A program made the translations under genes and the position numbers. From Gammaproteobacteria bacterium (GTDB lineage: Bacteria; Pseudomonadota; Gammaproteobacteria; Burkholderiales; SG8-39), in contig JBGQKQ010000001.1 of the NCBI GenBank assembly GCA_041499655.1, forward strand, positions 255-64,254: DNA of 64,000 nt, given 5' to 3'. Within the stretch, counting starts at the first letter, position 1. Each line of letters opens with the position of its first letter. Shown here piece by piece: positions 42,616-52,037 of this stretch. Under the pieces are notes generated by a model. That model was not told where the DNA came from, ran no database searches, and was given only the letters and a program-made list of their open reading frames with translations.

Positions 42616-42733
42616 GCCCCTCCCAGATTTCCCGCGTTGGAGATGTGGCAACGACACCGTCGTCAGGCTGCCCCACCGCTTGCCTTTGCGATCTTACCGT
42701 TTCCCGGTTGAAACCGTTTTCCGGGCTCCTCGT

Positions 42734-43672
42734 CTACCCGTTGTGCCTCTTCCCATCCAGGGCGTTCTTGATCGCCCTCAGGCCGCGAACCGGCGTATCG
42801 GTCGGGACCGTGCATCCCGGTGTCACCATGAGACTCGTCGTTCCGACTTCCGCGAGCGCTCGCGCGACCTGATCCTCGACTTCCGATGGCGAACGGTAGT
42901 CTATCGTTGCTTCGTTGATCCCGCCAAGAAGGGTTTTCCCCGTTCGGGCGCGCGCGTCCCTCAGGGAAGGAGCGGTGGTGAAGTGCGACCAATTCATCGC
43001 CCGGACCGGGTAATCGAGGAGTGAATCGAAATGAATCCGCTTTCCGTGAATGTGCAGCACGTTGAAGGGTGCGTCCGCTACCGCGTTGAGAATCTTCAGA
43101 TCGAACGGCCTGCCCCAGATCTTGTACTCCTCGGTGCTCATCACATCGTCCGTCGCCGCACCCGTCGACAAGAATATTCCGGCGGCCCCCCTGGCAATCG
43201 CCTCAACCGCGTAGTTCGCCAGGGAGGTTGCGATCGCTTCCATTGCGCCCAGCAGGATTTCGGGACAGCGCACCCGAAATTCGGCCAGGTCGCCGGTCCG
43301 CGTAAGTCGCCGCGCGGTCGTCCAGGGACTGAATACCGTCTCGATGAACAGCGCCTCCTTGCCGATAGCGTCGTTAATGATCGACAGGGCCTCAAGCTGC
43401 GGAACCCAGCCCTTGTCCGTGCCCGCCAAGGGCTCGATCCGCTTCCAATCGTTCTCACTTGCCACCACATCGAGGCCGCGCGGCAGTGGATACGGGTAGT
43501 CGTTCATGACCTTGATGAAATCCGGGTCGAAGGCGCGATAGAAATCGATCTGCGCCTCCGCGTATTTCCGCCCAGGCATGTGCTGAAGTCCGAAGTGATA
43601 CCAGAAACTGAACGGCGGACGGTCGATTTCGTCGCCCTTCAGGGCGCGCGTAACGCGTTCGATCTTTTTCAA
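42734..43672 (-). CDS. Uroporphyrinogen decarboxylase (URO-D) superfamily protein of unknown role
   Basis: TTG start after GAGAGG. 312 aa, MKKIERVTRALKGDEIDRPPFSFW.., with ..VLHIHG.. and ..TPGCTVP.. blocks arranged as in URO-D/MtaA-type TIM barrels. Confidence 0.72.
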   Translation of the reverse strand: MKKIERVTRALKGDEIDRPPFSFWYHFGLQHMPGRKYAEAQIDFYRAFDPDFIKVMNDYPYPLPRGLDVVASENDWKRIEPLAGTDKGWVPQLEALSIINDAIGKEALFIETVFSPWTTARRLTRTGDLAEFRVRCPEILLGAMEAIATSLANYAVEAIARGAAGIFLSTGAATDDVMSTEEYKIWGRPFDLKILNAVADAPFNVLHIHGKRIHFDSLLDYPVRAMNWSHFTTAPSLRDARARTGKTLLGGINEATIDYRSPSEVEDQVARALAEVGTTSLMVTPGCTVPTDTPVRGLRAIKNALDGKRHNG

Positions 43673-43925
43673 CGCGACCTCTCGGCGCCGCGGGAAAGAA
43701 ACAGTCTAGAAAGCGGCAGCTAAGCCATCACCACCGTGCTCTATCGGCAAGGAAAGATAATAGGGAAATTCGGCAGGGAAATCAATTTGAAACACACACC
43801 ATTTATCGGCATGCGGCACAAGTTCACCGCGGCAGAGTGATCAGCCTGGCGAGGACGAAGAGACAGACCGGCACGCCCCACAGGACAATGGTTAGAATGG
43901 ATTTTGGCCAGAAAAGGATAAGAGC

Positions 43926-45602
43926 GTGAACGGCGCAACGCCAGGAACCCCGCAGCCCCCGGACTCTCTTCTCGCCTTGCTGCGCTGTCCAGGGTGCCGC
44001 AGCAATGTTTGCGCTGGGGGTGCCACACTGCAGTGCGCGGGCTGCGGGACCCTCTACCCGCTGATAAATGGTGTTCCAGTCCTCATCGACGATGCGCGCA
44101 GCGTCTTCCGCGCGGCCGATATCGCCGCAGAGATCAGCACTGGTTCAGAAGGTGGAGCGAAGGCCTCGCTATCCGACTTCATCCGCCGGTTCACGCCAAC
44201 GATCGATCACAATTACCGGAAGCGTCCCGCACTCTCGCGCATGGCGTCCTTATGCGAGGCCCGACATGACCGCCGCATGCGAATACTCGTGCTTTGCGGC
44301 CTACATGGGCGCAACGTGATGCGCGATCTGCTTCGATGGGAAAACGCCGAACTGATTCAGGCCGCCGTATTGCCGCAACCTGGTACGGCGGTCAGCTGCG
44401 ATCCCCAGAGATTGCCATTTGCGGACCAGTCCTTCGACGCGCTGATCGCGTTTGACGTTCTTCACCAGGTACTTGATCCCGATGCCTGCGCCGCGGAGAT
44501 CCACCGCGTGCTCGTGAGTCGTGGCCTCGTGTACGCGGAGACGCCGTTCATGCAGCCGGTGCACCAAAGCGCTTATGACTTTCAACGCTTCACACCCCTG
44601 GGGCATCGCCGCGTATTCCGTCAGTTCGAAGAAGTCGAAAGCGGAGTCGGTTCGGGGCCGGGTGCCGCCCTCGCCTGGGCATGGCGATCTTTCCTGGGCA
44701 GCCTGAGCCGATCGCGTCACTCGAGATTTGCGCTCCGGACCTGCGCAAATTTCACCGGCTTCTTCCTGCATTATCTGGACGCGGTACTGCACCGTCGGCC
44801 CGCGTCTCAAGACGCCGCAGCCTCCGTGTACTTTTTGGGCCATCGTAACCAGGCGGTGCTATCCGATCAAGAGCTCGTGGCCGGATACCGAGGCGTCGCG
44901 CGGACTCCGAAGACCGCGCGCGCGCTGCGACCCGCGACGGAAGTGTTCTCGGCATGGGCCGCCGCAGGGTGGGATCAAGGGATGGCGGAGACACACACTA
45001 CGGCAGTGCGCGAGATGCTCGAAGCGGCCATGTCGGCGCTGCGTGGCGCGACTAACGTTACGGCAATCGACATTGGATGCGGAAACGGCTGGGTCGTAAG
45101 AATGCTGCGGAAGCATTCCGCATGCAGCTCGGTCACTGGCGTGGACGGCTCCGCCGCGATGATCGCGAAGGCCCGTTCGCTCGATCCCGAAGGTGATTAC
45201 GTCCTTGCGGATCTCTCCCAGTGGACGCCATCGACACGCGTCAAATTGGTTCACGGCATGGAAGTGCTTTACTACCTTGTCGACCCGGTCGCCTTCCTGC
45301 GTCAAGTATGCAACGAATGGCTTGAGCCAGGGGGCGTCGTCATTCTGGGGATTGATCACTATGCGGAGAATGAGCCCAGCCTAGCTTGGCCCGGGCGGCT
45401 GGGAGTGCAGATGACCACCTGGTCGGAAGATGCTTGGCGCGCCGGGCTCCATGCCGCCGGGTTCTCGGATGTGCGAACCTGGCGCGCTGACTCCCGGGGC
45501 AAGGCTGGCACTCTTGCCATGCTCGCGCGCGCCCCGCTCAAGGGCCTTCGACCGGCTCCCACACCGGAACGCGATGGACTTGGCGGCTCACCAGCTCCAT
45601 GA
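43926..45602 (+). CDS. Zn-ribbon (Trm112-like) plus two class I SAM-methyltransferase-like domains
   Basis: GTG start. N-terminal CPGC...CAGCGTLYPLINGVPVLID. The first MTase-like half has a degenerate motif I (ILVLCGLHG), then FDALIAFDVLHQV. The second half is canonical (IDIGCGNGW, VTGVDGSAAMI, LEPGGVVIL). Confidence 0.75.
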   Translation: MNGATPGTPQPPDSLLALLRCPGCRSNVCAGGATLQCAGCGTLYPLINGVPVLIDDARSVFRAADIAAEISTGSEGGAKASLSDFIRRFTPTIDHNYRKRPALSRMASLCEARHDRRMRILVLCGLHGRNVMRDLLRWENAELIQAAVLPQPGTAVSCDPQRLPFADQSFDALIAFDVLHQVLDPDACAAEIHRVLVSRGLVYAETPFMQPVHQSAYDFQRFTPLGHRRVFRQFEEVESGVGSGPGAALAWAWRSFLGSLSRSRHSRFALRTCANFTGFFLHYLDAVLHRRPASQDAAASVYFLGHRNQAVLSDQELVAGYRGVARTPKTARALRPATEVFSAWAAAGWDQGMAETHTTAVREMLEAAMSALRGATNVTAIDIGCGNGWVVRMLRKHSACSSVTGVDGSAAMIAKARSLDPEGDYVLADLSQWTPSTRVKLVHGMEVLYYLVDPVAFLRQVCNEWLEPGGVVILGIDHYAENEPSLAWPGRLGVQMTTWSEDAWRAGLHAAGFSDVRTWRADSRGKAGTLAMLARAPLKGLRPAPTPERDGLGGSPAP

Positions 45603-47304
45603 GGGGCAGAAGGAACCATGCCCAGCGAACCGCCAGCGATCGGATGGACTTCGAGGCGGTGAGCATTAGCCGGCCTTTCGCGGTCAGCAATTCGCGAAGC
45701 TGCGGCATCGCACCGGCTGCATGGATTTCCTGCATTAACCGTTCAAGGCAGCGCGCCGTTCTGAGCTGATCGCGAGCCGGGGAACCGACCGGCATGTCAG
45801 GCGGGATGTCGCGATTGCCGCCGTAGCGGTAGAACTCCGGCCAGAATTCGCGCAGGCAGGAACGTTGGAGATTGGTCTTGTGCTTGTCCTCGGACGAGAG
45901 CGCCAAGGTTGCGCGCAGGTAATCGGTGTCGAGATACGGGTAGAGGGGCACCAGGCCCGGCGGAGCGAGCTGCTGAGTCCATAACGCAATAGCCCGCCGT
46001 TGCCGCAGCAGCAGAAAAGCAAGCTCCCCGAGGTTGGCCCGCTCGCGAAGGCTTCGAAGGTAGGTGCGAAGATCTTCCCTGAGATCTTCCGCGGACGGCC
46101 ACGCGGCAGGAGCGAGTACTCCGTCGAAGTCCGACCGGATGGCGTGTTGAACGATGCTCTCAATTTCGCTCTCGGACGTGCGTTCCCCGATCGTAAGCCC
46201 GGTCAGCTTCAGCCAGCCAACCGGATCCCCGAGAATGTCGCCGGCAATGCCATCGAGGAAGATATCGCAACCTTCGGAGAGCGCCGAATGGACGCGCATG
46301 GACCAAGTGTGCTCCCGGGTCTCTCCATCCACGAGCGCGCGGCGGGATATGTCGTCACTTACGTACTGAGCGTCACCCGCATCCACAACCATGTGAGGAA
46401 AGCCGAAGTCGCGCGCCATCTGACTTGCGAAGCGCGCATCGAGGTCCCGATGGCCTTGCTGCAAGGCGCGATAGGTCACTGCCTTGAAGGCGACTTTCCG
46501 CTGAAGCAGGGCCGCAAGAACACGCCGGCTGTCGAAACCACTGCTCAACGGAAGCATGACATTGCCGCCTCGCACCTTTAGGCAGCGGTCGACTGCCTGC
46601 TGAAACACCTGCTCGACTTCACCCAGCGTTCGGGAGTTGATGTGCCGCCTGCCCCCGGGCAGTGCAGCCCAGGCAGGGGACGACAGCACCGGTTCGCCGC
46701 TGCCGATAAAAGTCAGGGTGCGTCCTGCCGGCACCCGCTGAACCCCGGCCGTGAGACTGCGGTCGGACCCGATCCAGGAAGTCTGAACGAGGCAGCGCCA
46801 AGCCAGCCAATCGACCTGATCGCCGAGACACGCGAGATAGCGCGGGTTGGTGGCGAAGAGGACCAATTCACTAGGTAGCCGACGCCAATACAGCGTGCCC
46901 ATGCCGAGCAGGTCGGCGACGAGAGCGAGGGAGGCGCCGTTTCGGCCGATTACCGCGGCGGAAAATACGCCATTCCGCTCGGCTGTGGAATCGAGCCGGG
47001 ACGCGCGGATCGCCTCACTCGGTGAGTACGAGTGGACATCGGGCAGCACGTAGCCCCGGAACGCCGTAGCCCCGCCATCGGGGTCCGGGTGCACAAGCCC
47101 AAGCCCGTGGCAAGGCTCGATTGCGCTGGCGAGCACCCAATTGCGCCCGCCAATCCGCGTGACGGACGGGTGTTCGAAGGCGGTCCAGTCCACGGAAAGC
47201 GATCGCGCCGGATGCCACGCGCCAACGAAGAAGTTGTCGAGCCCCGCGCCCGGGCCCGGGGCGGGCCAGCGAACGCGCAGTCGCAGCGGAACCTCCTGCG
47301 TCAT
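45538..47304 (-). CDS. Asparagine synthetase B-like protein lacking the N-terminal nucleophile Cys
   Basis: 588 aa. GATase-II-like core (GVFSAAVI..NGASLALVADLLGMGTLYW) and a PP-loop variant LPLSSGFDSR, but the N-terminus is MTQEVPLRL rather than MCG. Confidence 0.8.
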   Translation of the reverse strand: MTQEVPLRLRVRWPAPGPGAGLDNFFVGAWHPARSLSVDWTAFEHPSVTRIGGRNWVLASAIEPCHGLGLVHPDPDGGATAFRGYVLPDVHSYSPSEAIRASRLDSTAERNGVFSAAVIGRNGASLALVADLLGMGTLYWRRLPSELVLFATNPRYLACLGDQVDWLAWRCLVQTSWIGSDRSLTAGVQRVPAGRTLTFIGSGEPVLSSPAWAALPGGRRHINSRTLGEVEQVFQQAVDRCLKVRGGNVMLPLSSGFDSRRVLAALLQRKVAFKAVTYRALQQGHRDLDARFASQMARDFGFPHMVVDAGDAQYVSDDISRRALVDGETREHTWSMRVHSALSEGCDIFLDGIAGDILGDPVGWLKLTGLTIGERTSESEIESIVQHAIRSDFDGVLAPAAWPSAEDLREDLRTYLRSLRERANLGELAFLLLRQRRAIALWTQQLAPPGLVPLYPYLDTDYLRATLALSSEDKHKTNLQRSCLREFWPEFYRYGGNRDIPPDMPVGSPARDQLRTARCLERLMQEIHAAGAMPQLRELLTAKGRLMLTASKSIRSLAVRWAWFLLPLMELVSRQVHRVPVWEPVEGP

Positions 47305-47317
47305 ATCTGAGCCGCGC

Positions 47318-48385
47318 CTACGCCTCGGGTGAGGTCTCGAGCGGTTGCAGCGTCCCTGCGGGCTCCGCGAAAATCACATGGTCGATTTCTCGGGGAAGGA
47401 GATCGGCAAATCGATAAGTGGAACACGTGTAGCGAGCGGCATTCGAGCTCGTCAGCAAGATGGGGTGCAGCGCCCCGCCCGCGTTGCGGGTCAAGACGAC
47501 CTGCCCGCTCTGGATCCGCGAATCCCCCCCAGGGAAGGGGCGGAAGCACATCGTGGTGCTGGAGGCGCGCTGGGTCATGTGGATGCCGTCGATGATGCGA
47601 TTGAGCAGGCGCTCCGACGCGCTGACGATGGAGTGGTACCGCACTTCGCGCTCCAGCGCCTCCTTCTCCGTGCACGGGCGCCCCAAAAACCGTTCCACGT
47701 TCCGGTGCCGCTTTTCGGTCATGGGCGCAACGTCTGCAGGTGGTTCGGCCAGAGCAGCGTTCGCCAGGTCGGTATCGGAGAAATGTTCGGACTCCACCAG
47801 AACGGATACGATATTTGTGAGTTGCAACTCCTCGATCAGGCGCCGCAGACGCGTACAGTACGCGAGCGTCTTGGCGAGCGGGATGTCGTTGACGAGAAGC
47901 GCGCAAAGGTTGTCAATGACGAGGCTGAAGCGCACATTGGGAGCGTAGAACCTCGCGGCAGCGTGGCGAAGGCGCGCTATCTGAGTCAACACGAAGAGCT
48001 CGCCCAGGCCGACATTGAAGCTGAAATCCTGCTTTCCGGGAAAAATTGTTGCGTGATAGCCGCCGCCGATGTCGAAGTAAAAGGGAATCGGGGCCCCGCG
48101 TTCCACAGCGCGGACAACGGTGTCGCGAATTCCATTTTCATAGACCCGCGCCCGCGAGCGTCCTAGGTAGGAAAACGGCCGGCTGAAGAGCAGGTCGACT
48201 ACCCCCGTCGCGACAGCAGCGGCGTCGGCATGCATATCACTCGGTGGGGTGGGCGCCCGAAGATCCGACATGACGTCCTGTAGGTAGGGAAGCAGATCCT
48301 GGGGCACGGGATCCCCCGCGCCCTCGCGCTCCTCAACCGACACGCCTACGTCGAACCGCGACGAACCGGGATATTCGGGACTCAC
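47318..48385 (-). CDS. Hypothetical protein (355 aa) with possible remote Dit1/PvcA-like motif order
   Basis: GTG start preceded by a strong GGGGAGG Shine-Dalgarno, and a 13-nt gap to the downstream AsnB-like gene. Coding character is good. I recognise no confident family. Confidence 0.65.
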   Translation of the reverse strand: MSPEYPGSSRFDVGVSVEEREGAGDPVPQDLLPYLQDVMSDLRAPTPPSDMHADAAAVATGVVDLLFSRPFSYLGRSRARVYENGIRDTVVRAVERGAPIPFYFDIGGGYHATIFPGKQDFSFNVGLGELFVLTQIARLRHAAARFYAPNVRFSLVIDNLCALLVNDIPLAKTLAYCTRLRRLIEELQLTNIVSVLVESEHFSDTDLANAALAEPPADVAPMTEKRHRNVERFLGRPCTEKEALEREVRYHSIVSASERLLNRIIDGIHMTQRASSTTMCFRPFPGGDSRIQSGQVVLTRNAGGALHPILLTSSNAARYTCSTYRFADLLPREIDHVIFAEPAGTLQPLETSPEA

Positions 48386-48678
48386 GACCGCCTCCCCTTA
48401 GACAGGATGACAAAATAACACGAGCAGCGATCTTCTCAGCAAGGAATGCGCCATGTTAGGCGTGCGAACAATTTGGCGTTTCTGTAAGGTTTCAGACAGC
48501 TTTGATTGGAATCCGTGCTAGCATCGTTTGCCAGAGAAACTACGCACTGCTTTGCTGGATTTGAGGGGGTAAGTGCGGCGCGTCAATCGAATCGAGCGCG
48601 TTGCCGAAATGTTAGGCAACGGCGACCGGCCTGGCTACTGACCCGCCGACTCGGCGCAGGGGGAGGCGCGACAGGCGA

Positions 48679-49212
48679 ATGAAGTTCCACACATGCGAAG
48701 TTGCTGGTGCTTGGGTCATCGATCCCAGCCCTATAGAAGACGCGCGAGGGCGATTCATGCGCGCTTGGTGCCAGCGAGAATTTGCCGATCACGGAGTCGA
48801 CTTCACCCCGGCGCAGGCTAACATGGGATTCAGTCCTCAGAAGGGGACGATTCGGGGCCTGCACTACCAGGTTGCTCCCGCGCTCGAGGCCAAGCTGGTT
48901 CGCTGCACTCGCGGCGAGATATTCGACGTCGTCGTCGATCTCCGGCCAATGTCGTCGACCTATCGGCGCTGGTACGGATCCTGCTTGAATTTCGGCAATG
49001 GCCGCATGCTTTACATACCGGAGGGGTGTGCTCATGGCTGTCAAACCACGCAAGACGACACCGAAATCCACTACATGACCTCAGCCTTTTATTCCCCCGA
49101 ACACGTCAGGGGTATTCGATATGACGATCCGGCATTCGCAATCCGTTGGCCCCTAGTGGCATCATCGGTCTCAGATCAGGACCGGAGCTGGCCCCTTTGG
49201 AAAGAAATCTGA
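48679..49212 (+). CDS. RmlC-fold nucleotide-sugar 3,5-epimerase (dTDP-4-dehydrorhamnose 3,5-epimerase family)
   Basis: 177 aa. The D.RG.F, RGLHYQ, KLVRCTRGEIFDVVVDLR and YIPEGCAHG motifs belong to the cupin epimerase family. Confidence 0.88.
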   Translation: MKFHTCEVAGAWVIDPSPIEDARGRFMRAWCQREFADHGVDFTPAQANMGFSPQKGTIRGLHYQVAPALEAKLVRCTRGEIFDVVVDLRPMSSTYRRWYGSCLNFGNGRMLYIPEGCAHGCQTTQDDTEIHYMTSAFYSPEHVRGIRYDDPAFAIRWPLVASSVSDQDRSWPLWKEI

Positions 49213-49226
49213 AACAGGAGGACGCC

Positions 49227-50600
49227 ATGGATCGCAACCGCATTGAGGGCTCTCTCAGCAACACGTCCGTCTACAGCGTGCTCCAGACGCGGGAGTCGGA
49301 GCGACGCCCCATCCGCGTTGGCGTCGTCGGCGCGGGCGCAACAGGCCGTGCCATCGCACTGCAATTGGGAACACCGGTTGCGGGAATTCGCCTTGCTGGT
49401 ATCGCAAACCGGACCCCGAAGCACGCCGAACGCGCATTTCGGGAGGCAGGCATCGGGGAATGGAAGGCCGCAGAGACCCCAAACGAGGCGCAGGCCAGTA
49501 TCGACAAGGGAGTCCCGGTGATTGCAGACGACCCCAGCGTCCTCACTCGTTGCGATGCCATCGACCTGATCGTCGAGGTAACGGGCACCGTCGATTTCGG
49601 CGCAAGCGTGGCGCTCGACGCATTTAGCCATTCCAAGCCCGTCGTCCTCGTCAACGCCGAGCTCGACTCGTTGATCGGTCCGGTCTTGAAGGCCAAGGCA
49701 GATCAAGCTGGAGTGGTGGTGACCCACACCGATGGGGACGAGCCCGGGGTGGCGATGACGCTCTTTCGCTACGTGCAGACCGTCGGCCTGCGTCCGGTGG
49801 CGGCGGGAAACATCAAGGGCATGGTCGATTACTATCGGACGCCCGATACGCAGCGAGAGTTTGCGGCCAAGCACGATCAGGATGTGAGAAAGGTCACTTC
49901 CTTCGCCGATGCCACCAAGCTCTCGATGGAAACGACCGTGCTTGCGAACGCGACGGGATTTGGCGTTGCCCGCCGGGGCATGTGCGGCCCGGCGTGCGGC
50001 TATGTTCGCGAACTTGCGAAGTTGCTTCCCGCCGAAGCGATGCTCAGCGGGGGGATCGTCGACTACTCCGTGGGCGCAGCACCTCACACCGGCGGCTTCG
50101 TCGTGGTCTACGAAGAGAACCCGTACAAGAAGACCCAGCTCGCCTACTACAAGCTCGGAGACGGTCCGTTTTATGTTTTCTACACCCCCTTCCACCTGCC
50201 GCATATCCAGCTCCCGTCGACGATTGCGCGTGCAGTCATTCATCGGGACCCGACCGTCGCTCCGCTTGCCGGACCGTCGTGCGAGGTCGTGACCGTCGCC
50301 AAGCGGCCGCTGAAGGCGGGCGAGCGCCTCGATGGCGTCGGCGGGTTCTGCGCCTACGGATTGATCGAGAATCGTGCTGCGGCACGTGCCGGTGACGCCC
50401 TTCCGATCGCGATGTCGGACGACTGTGTCCTGGTCCGGGATGTCGCCAAGGACGAAGTCGTCAAGTTCTCCGATGTCAGGATGCCTCCGTCCCGGCTACG
50501 GGACGAACTCTGGTCGGAGCAGCAGAAGCGCTGGCCCGTCGGCAGCGGGGCCAGCGGCCGCCGGGGCCAAAAATCACCGGACCTCGTTACTACAGAGTGA
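49227..50600 (+). CDS. NAD(P)-dependent oxidoreductase with a C-terminal SAF domain (COG4091-like, homoserine-dehydrogenase-like fold)
   Basis: ATG after AGGAGG. Rossmann IRVGVVGAGATGRAI, and a C-terminal SAF-like VVTVAKRPLKAGERLDGVGGF. Confidence 0.8.
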   Translation: MDRNRIEGSLSNTSVYSVLQTRESERRPIRVGVVGAGATGRAIALQLGTPVAGIRLAGIANRTPKHAERAFREAGIGEWKAAETPNEAQASIDKGVPVIADDPSVLTRCDAIDLIVEVTGTVDFGASVALDAFSHSKPVVLVNAELDSLIGPVLKAKADQAGVVVTHTDGDEPGVAMTLFRYVQTVGLRPVAAGNIKGMVDYYRTPDTQREFAAKHDQDVRKVTSFADATKLSMETTVLANATGFGVARRGMCGPACGYVRELAKLLPAEAMLSGGIVDYSVGAAPHTGGFVVVYEENPYKKTQLAYYKLGDGPFYVFYTPFHLPHIQLPSTIARAVIHRDPTVAPLAGPSCEVVTVAKRPLKAGERLDGVGGFCAYGLIENRAAARAGDALPIAMSDDCVLVRDVAKDEVVKFSDVRMPPSRLRDELWSEQQKRWPVGSGASGRRGQKSPDLVTTE

Positions 50601-50711
50601 GTTGCCGGGGCGGGAAGATTGCAGGCAGGCGGCCGTTGCTTCGCGCCTGAATAAACAAGAGTGGCAAGACCGTGACCGGGACAGCCATTTGCCTAAGGGA
50701 AGGCTCGCATA

Positions 50712-52019
50712 GTGAAGAATATCGTTGTTTGTGGAACGGGAATGGCGGGGTTTGGGGCAGCGAGTCGCCTTCGGGACGAGGGCATCCGGCCCATCGTGTT
50801 CGACAAGAACCCTTACTACGGGGGCCACACCGCTTCGTTTCGGGATAAGAACGGCTTCCTGTTCGACCTCGGCCCACACATCTCTTTCTCCAAGGATCCC
50901 CGGATCCAGGAGTTGTTCGCCCGGTACGTCGACCAGAAATACGAGGCCGTTCAGGTCAAGCTCGACAACTACTGGCGCGGCTTGAGGCTCACGCACCCGG
51001 TTCAGCTACACCTGAACGGGCTGCCCAAAGACCTCATCGTTGAAATCGTCGCGGACTTCGTGAAGGAGCACTCGGTCGAGCGCAAGATCGCGAATTATGA
51101 GGACTGGCTGATCGCCAGCTACGGAAGGAAATTTGCCGAGCTCTTTCCGATGCAATATACGCGCAAGTATCACCTTACATCGGCGAACAACATGACGACG
51201 GATTGGCTCGGTCCGCGCATGTACCGTCCCAGCCTCGAGGAGATGCTTCGGGGCGCGCTTGCCCCCTGGAAGCCGGACGTGCACTACATCACCAATTTCC
51301 GCTACCCGACCAACGGGGGGTTCGTTTCTTACCTGAAGGATCTCCCCGGCATCGCGGACATCCGGCTCGGGCACGAACTCGTGGCTGTCGACCCCGCGCA
51401 AAGAGAGCTTCGCTTCTCAAACGGCTTCGTCACCGGCTACGACGCTCTCGTTTCCTCCATTGCCCTGCCGGACCTCGTTCCGATGATCGCGGGGACGCCC
51501 GCCGACGTCGTCGAAGCCTCGGGTCGGCTTGCCTGTTCGACCTGCGTCCTCGTCAACGTCGGGGTCAACCGGTCGGACCTGTCGGAAGGCCAGATCACCT
51601 ATTTTTACGACGAGGACATCTGCTTCACCCGCTTGAGCTTCCCTCACATGCTGTCCAAGACCAATGTCCCGGCAGGCTGCGGCAGCATTCAGGCGGAGGT
51701 CTATTTCTCGGACAAGTATCGCCCGCTGACCCAGTCTCCGGAGAGCGTGGTCGACCAGGTGATTGCTGACCTTCTCAGGAGCGGAGCGTTGCGAGATGGC
51801 GATCAGATCCTCTCTCGCCACGCGAACGTGGTTCGTTACGCAAATGTCATCTTTGACCTCGATCGCACGGCCGCTCTGAAAACCGTCCACGGATACCTCG
51901 ACGACATTGGGATCCACTACTGCGGGAGGTACGGCGACTGGGGCTACATGTGGACCGACGAGAGTTACATCAGCGGAGAGCGTGCGGCCCAGTCCGCCCT
52001 TTCGCGGGCCTTTGCCTGA
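50712..52019 (+). CDS. FAD-dependent oxidoreductase of the HemY / amine-oxidase / UDP-galactopyranose-mutase-like fold
   Basis: GTG start. Dinucleotide motif IVVCGTGMAGFGAASRL plus YYGGHTASF..GF.FD.GPH. 435 aa. Confidence 0.8.
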   Translation: MKNIVVCGTGMAGFGAASRLRDEGIRPIVFDKNPYYGGHTASFRDKNGFLFDLGPHISFSKDPRIQELFARYVDQKYEAVQVKLDNYWRGLRLTHPVQLHLNGLPKDLIVEIVADFVKEHSVERKIANYEDWLIASYGRKFAELFPMQYTRKYHLTSANNMTTDWLGPRMYRPSLEEMLRGALAPWKPDVHYITNFRYPTNGGFVSYLKDLPGIADIRLGHELVAVDPAQRELRFSNGFVTGYDALVSSIALPDLVPMIAGTPADVVEASGRLACSTCVLVNVGVNRSDLSEGQITYFYDEDICFTRLSFPHMLSKTNVPAGCGSIQAEVYFSDKYRPLTQSPESVVDQVIADLLRSGALRDGDQILSRHANVVRYANVIFDLDRTAALKTVHGYLDDIGIHYCGRYGDWGYMWTDESYISGERAAQSALSRAFA

Positions 52020-52037
52020 AAGGCGGGCGGGCGCAAC

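Noticed and set aside
48386-48678. Search for a JUMPStart/ops (GGCGGTAG) element or clear -35/-10 boxes in the AT-richer divergent gap heading the plus-strand sugar operon
   Set aside because: I found no exact ops motif and no convincingly spaced promoter hexamers. Only a 7-bp-stem hairpin is present (48599..48621), so no regulatory feature is claimed.
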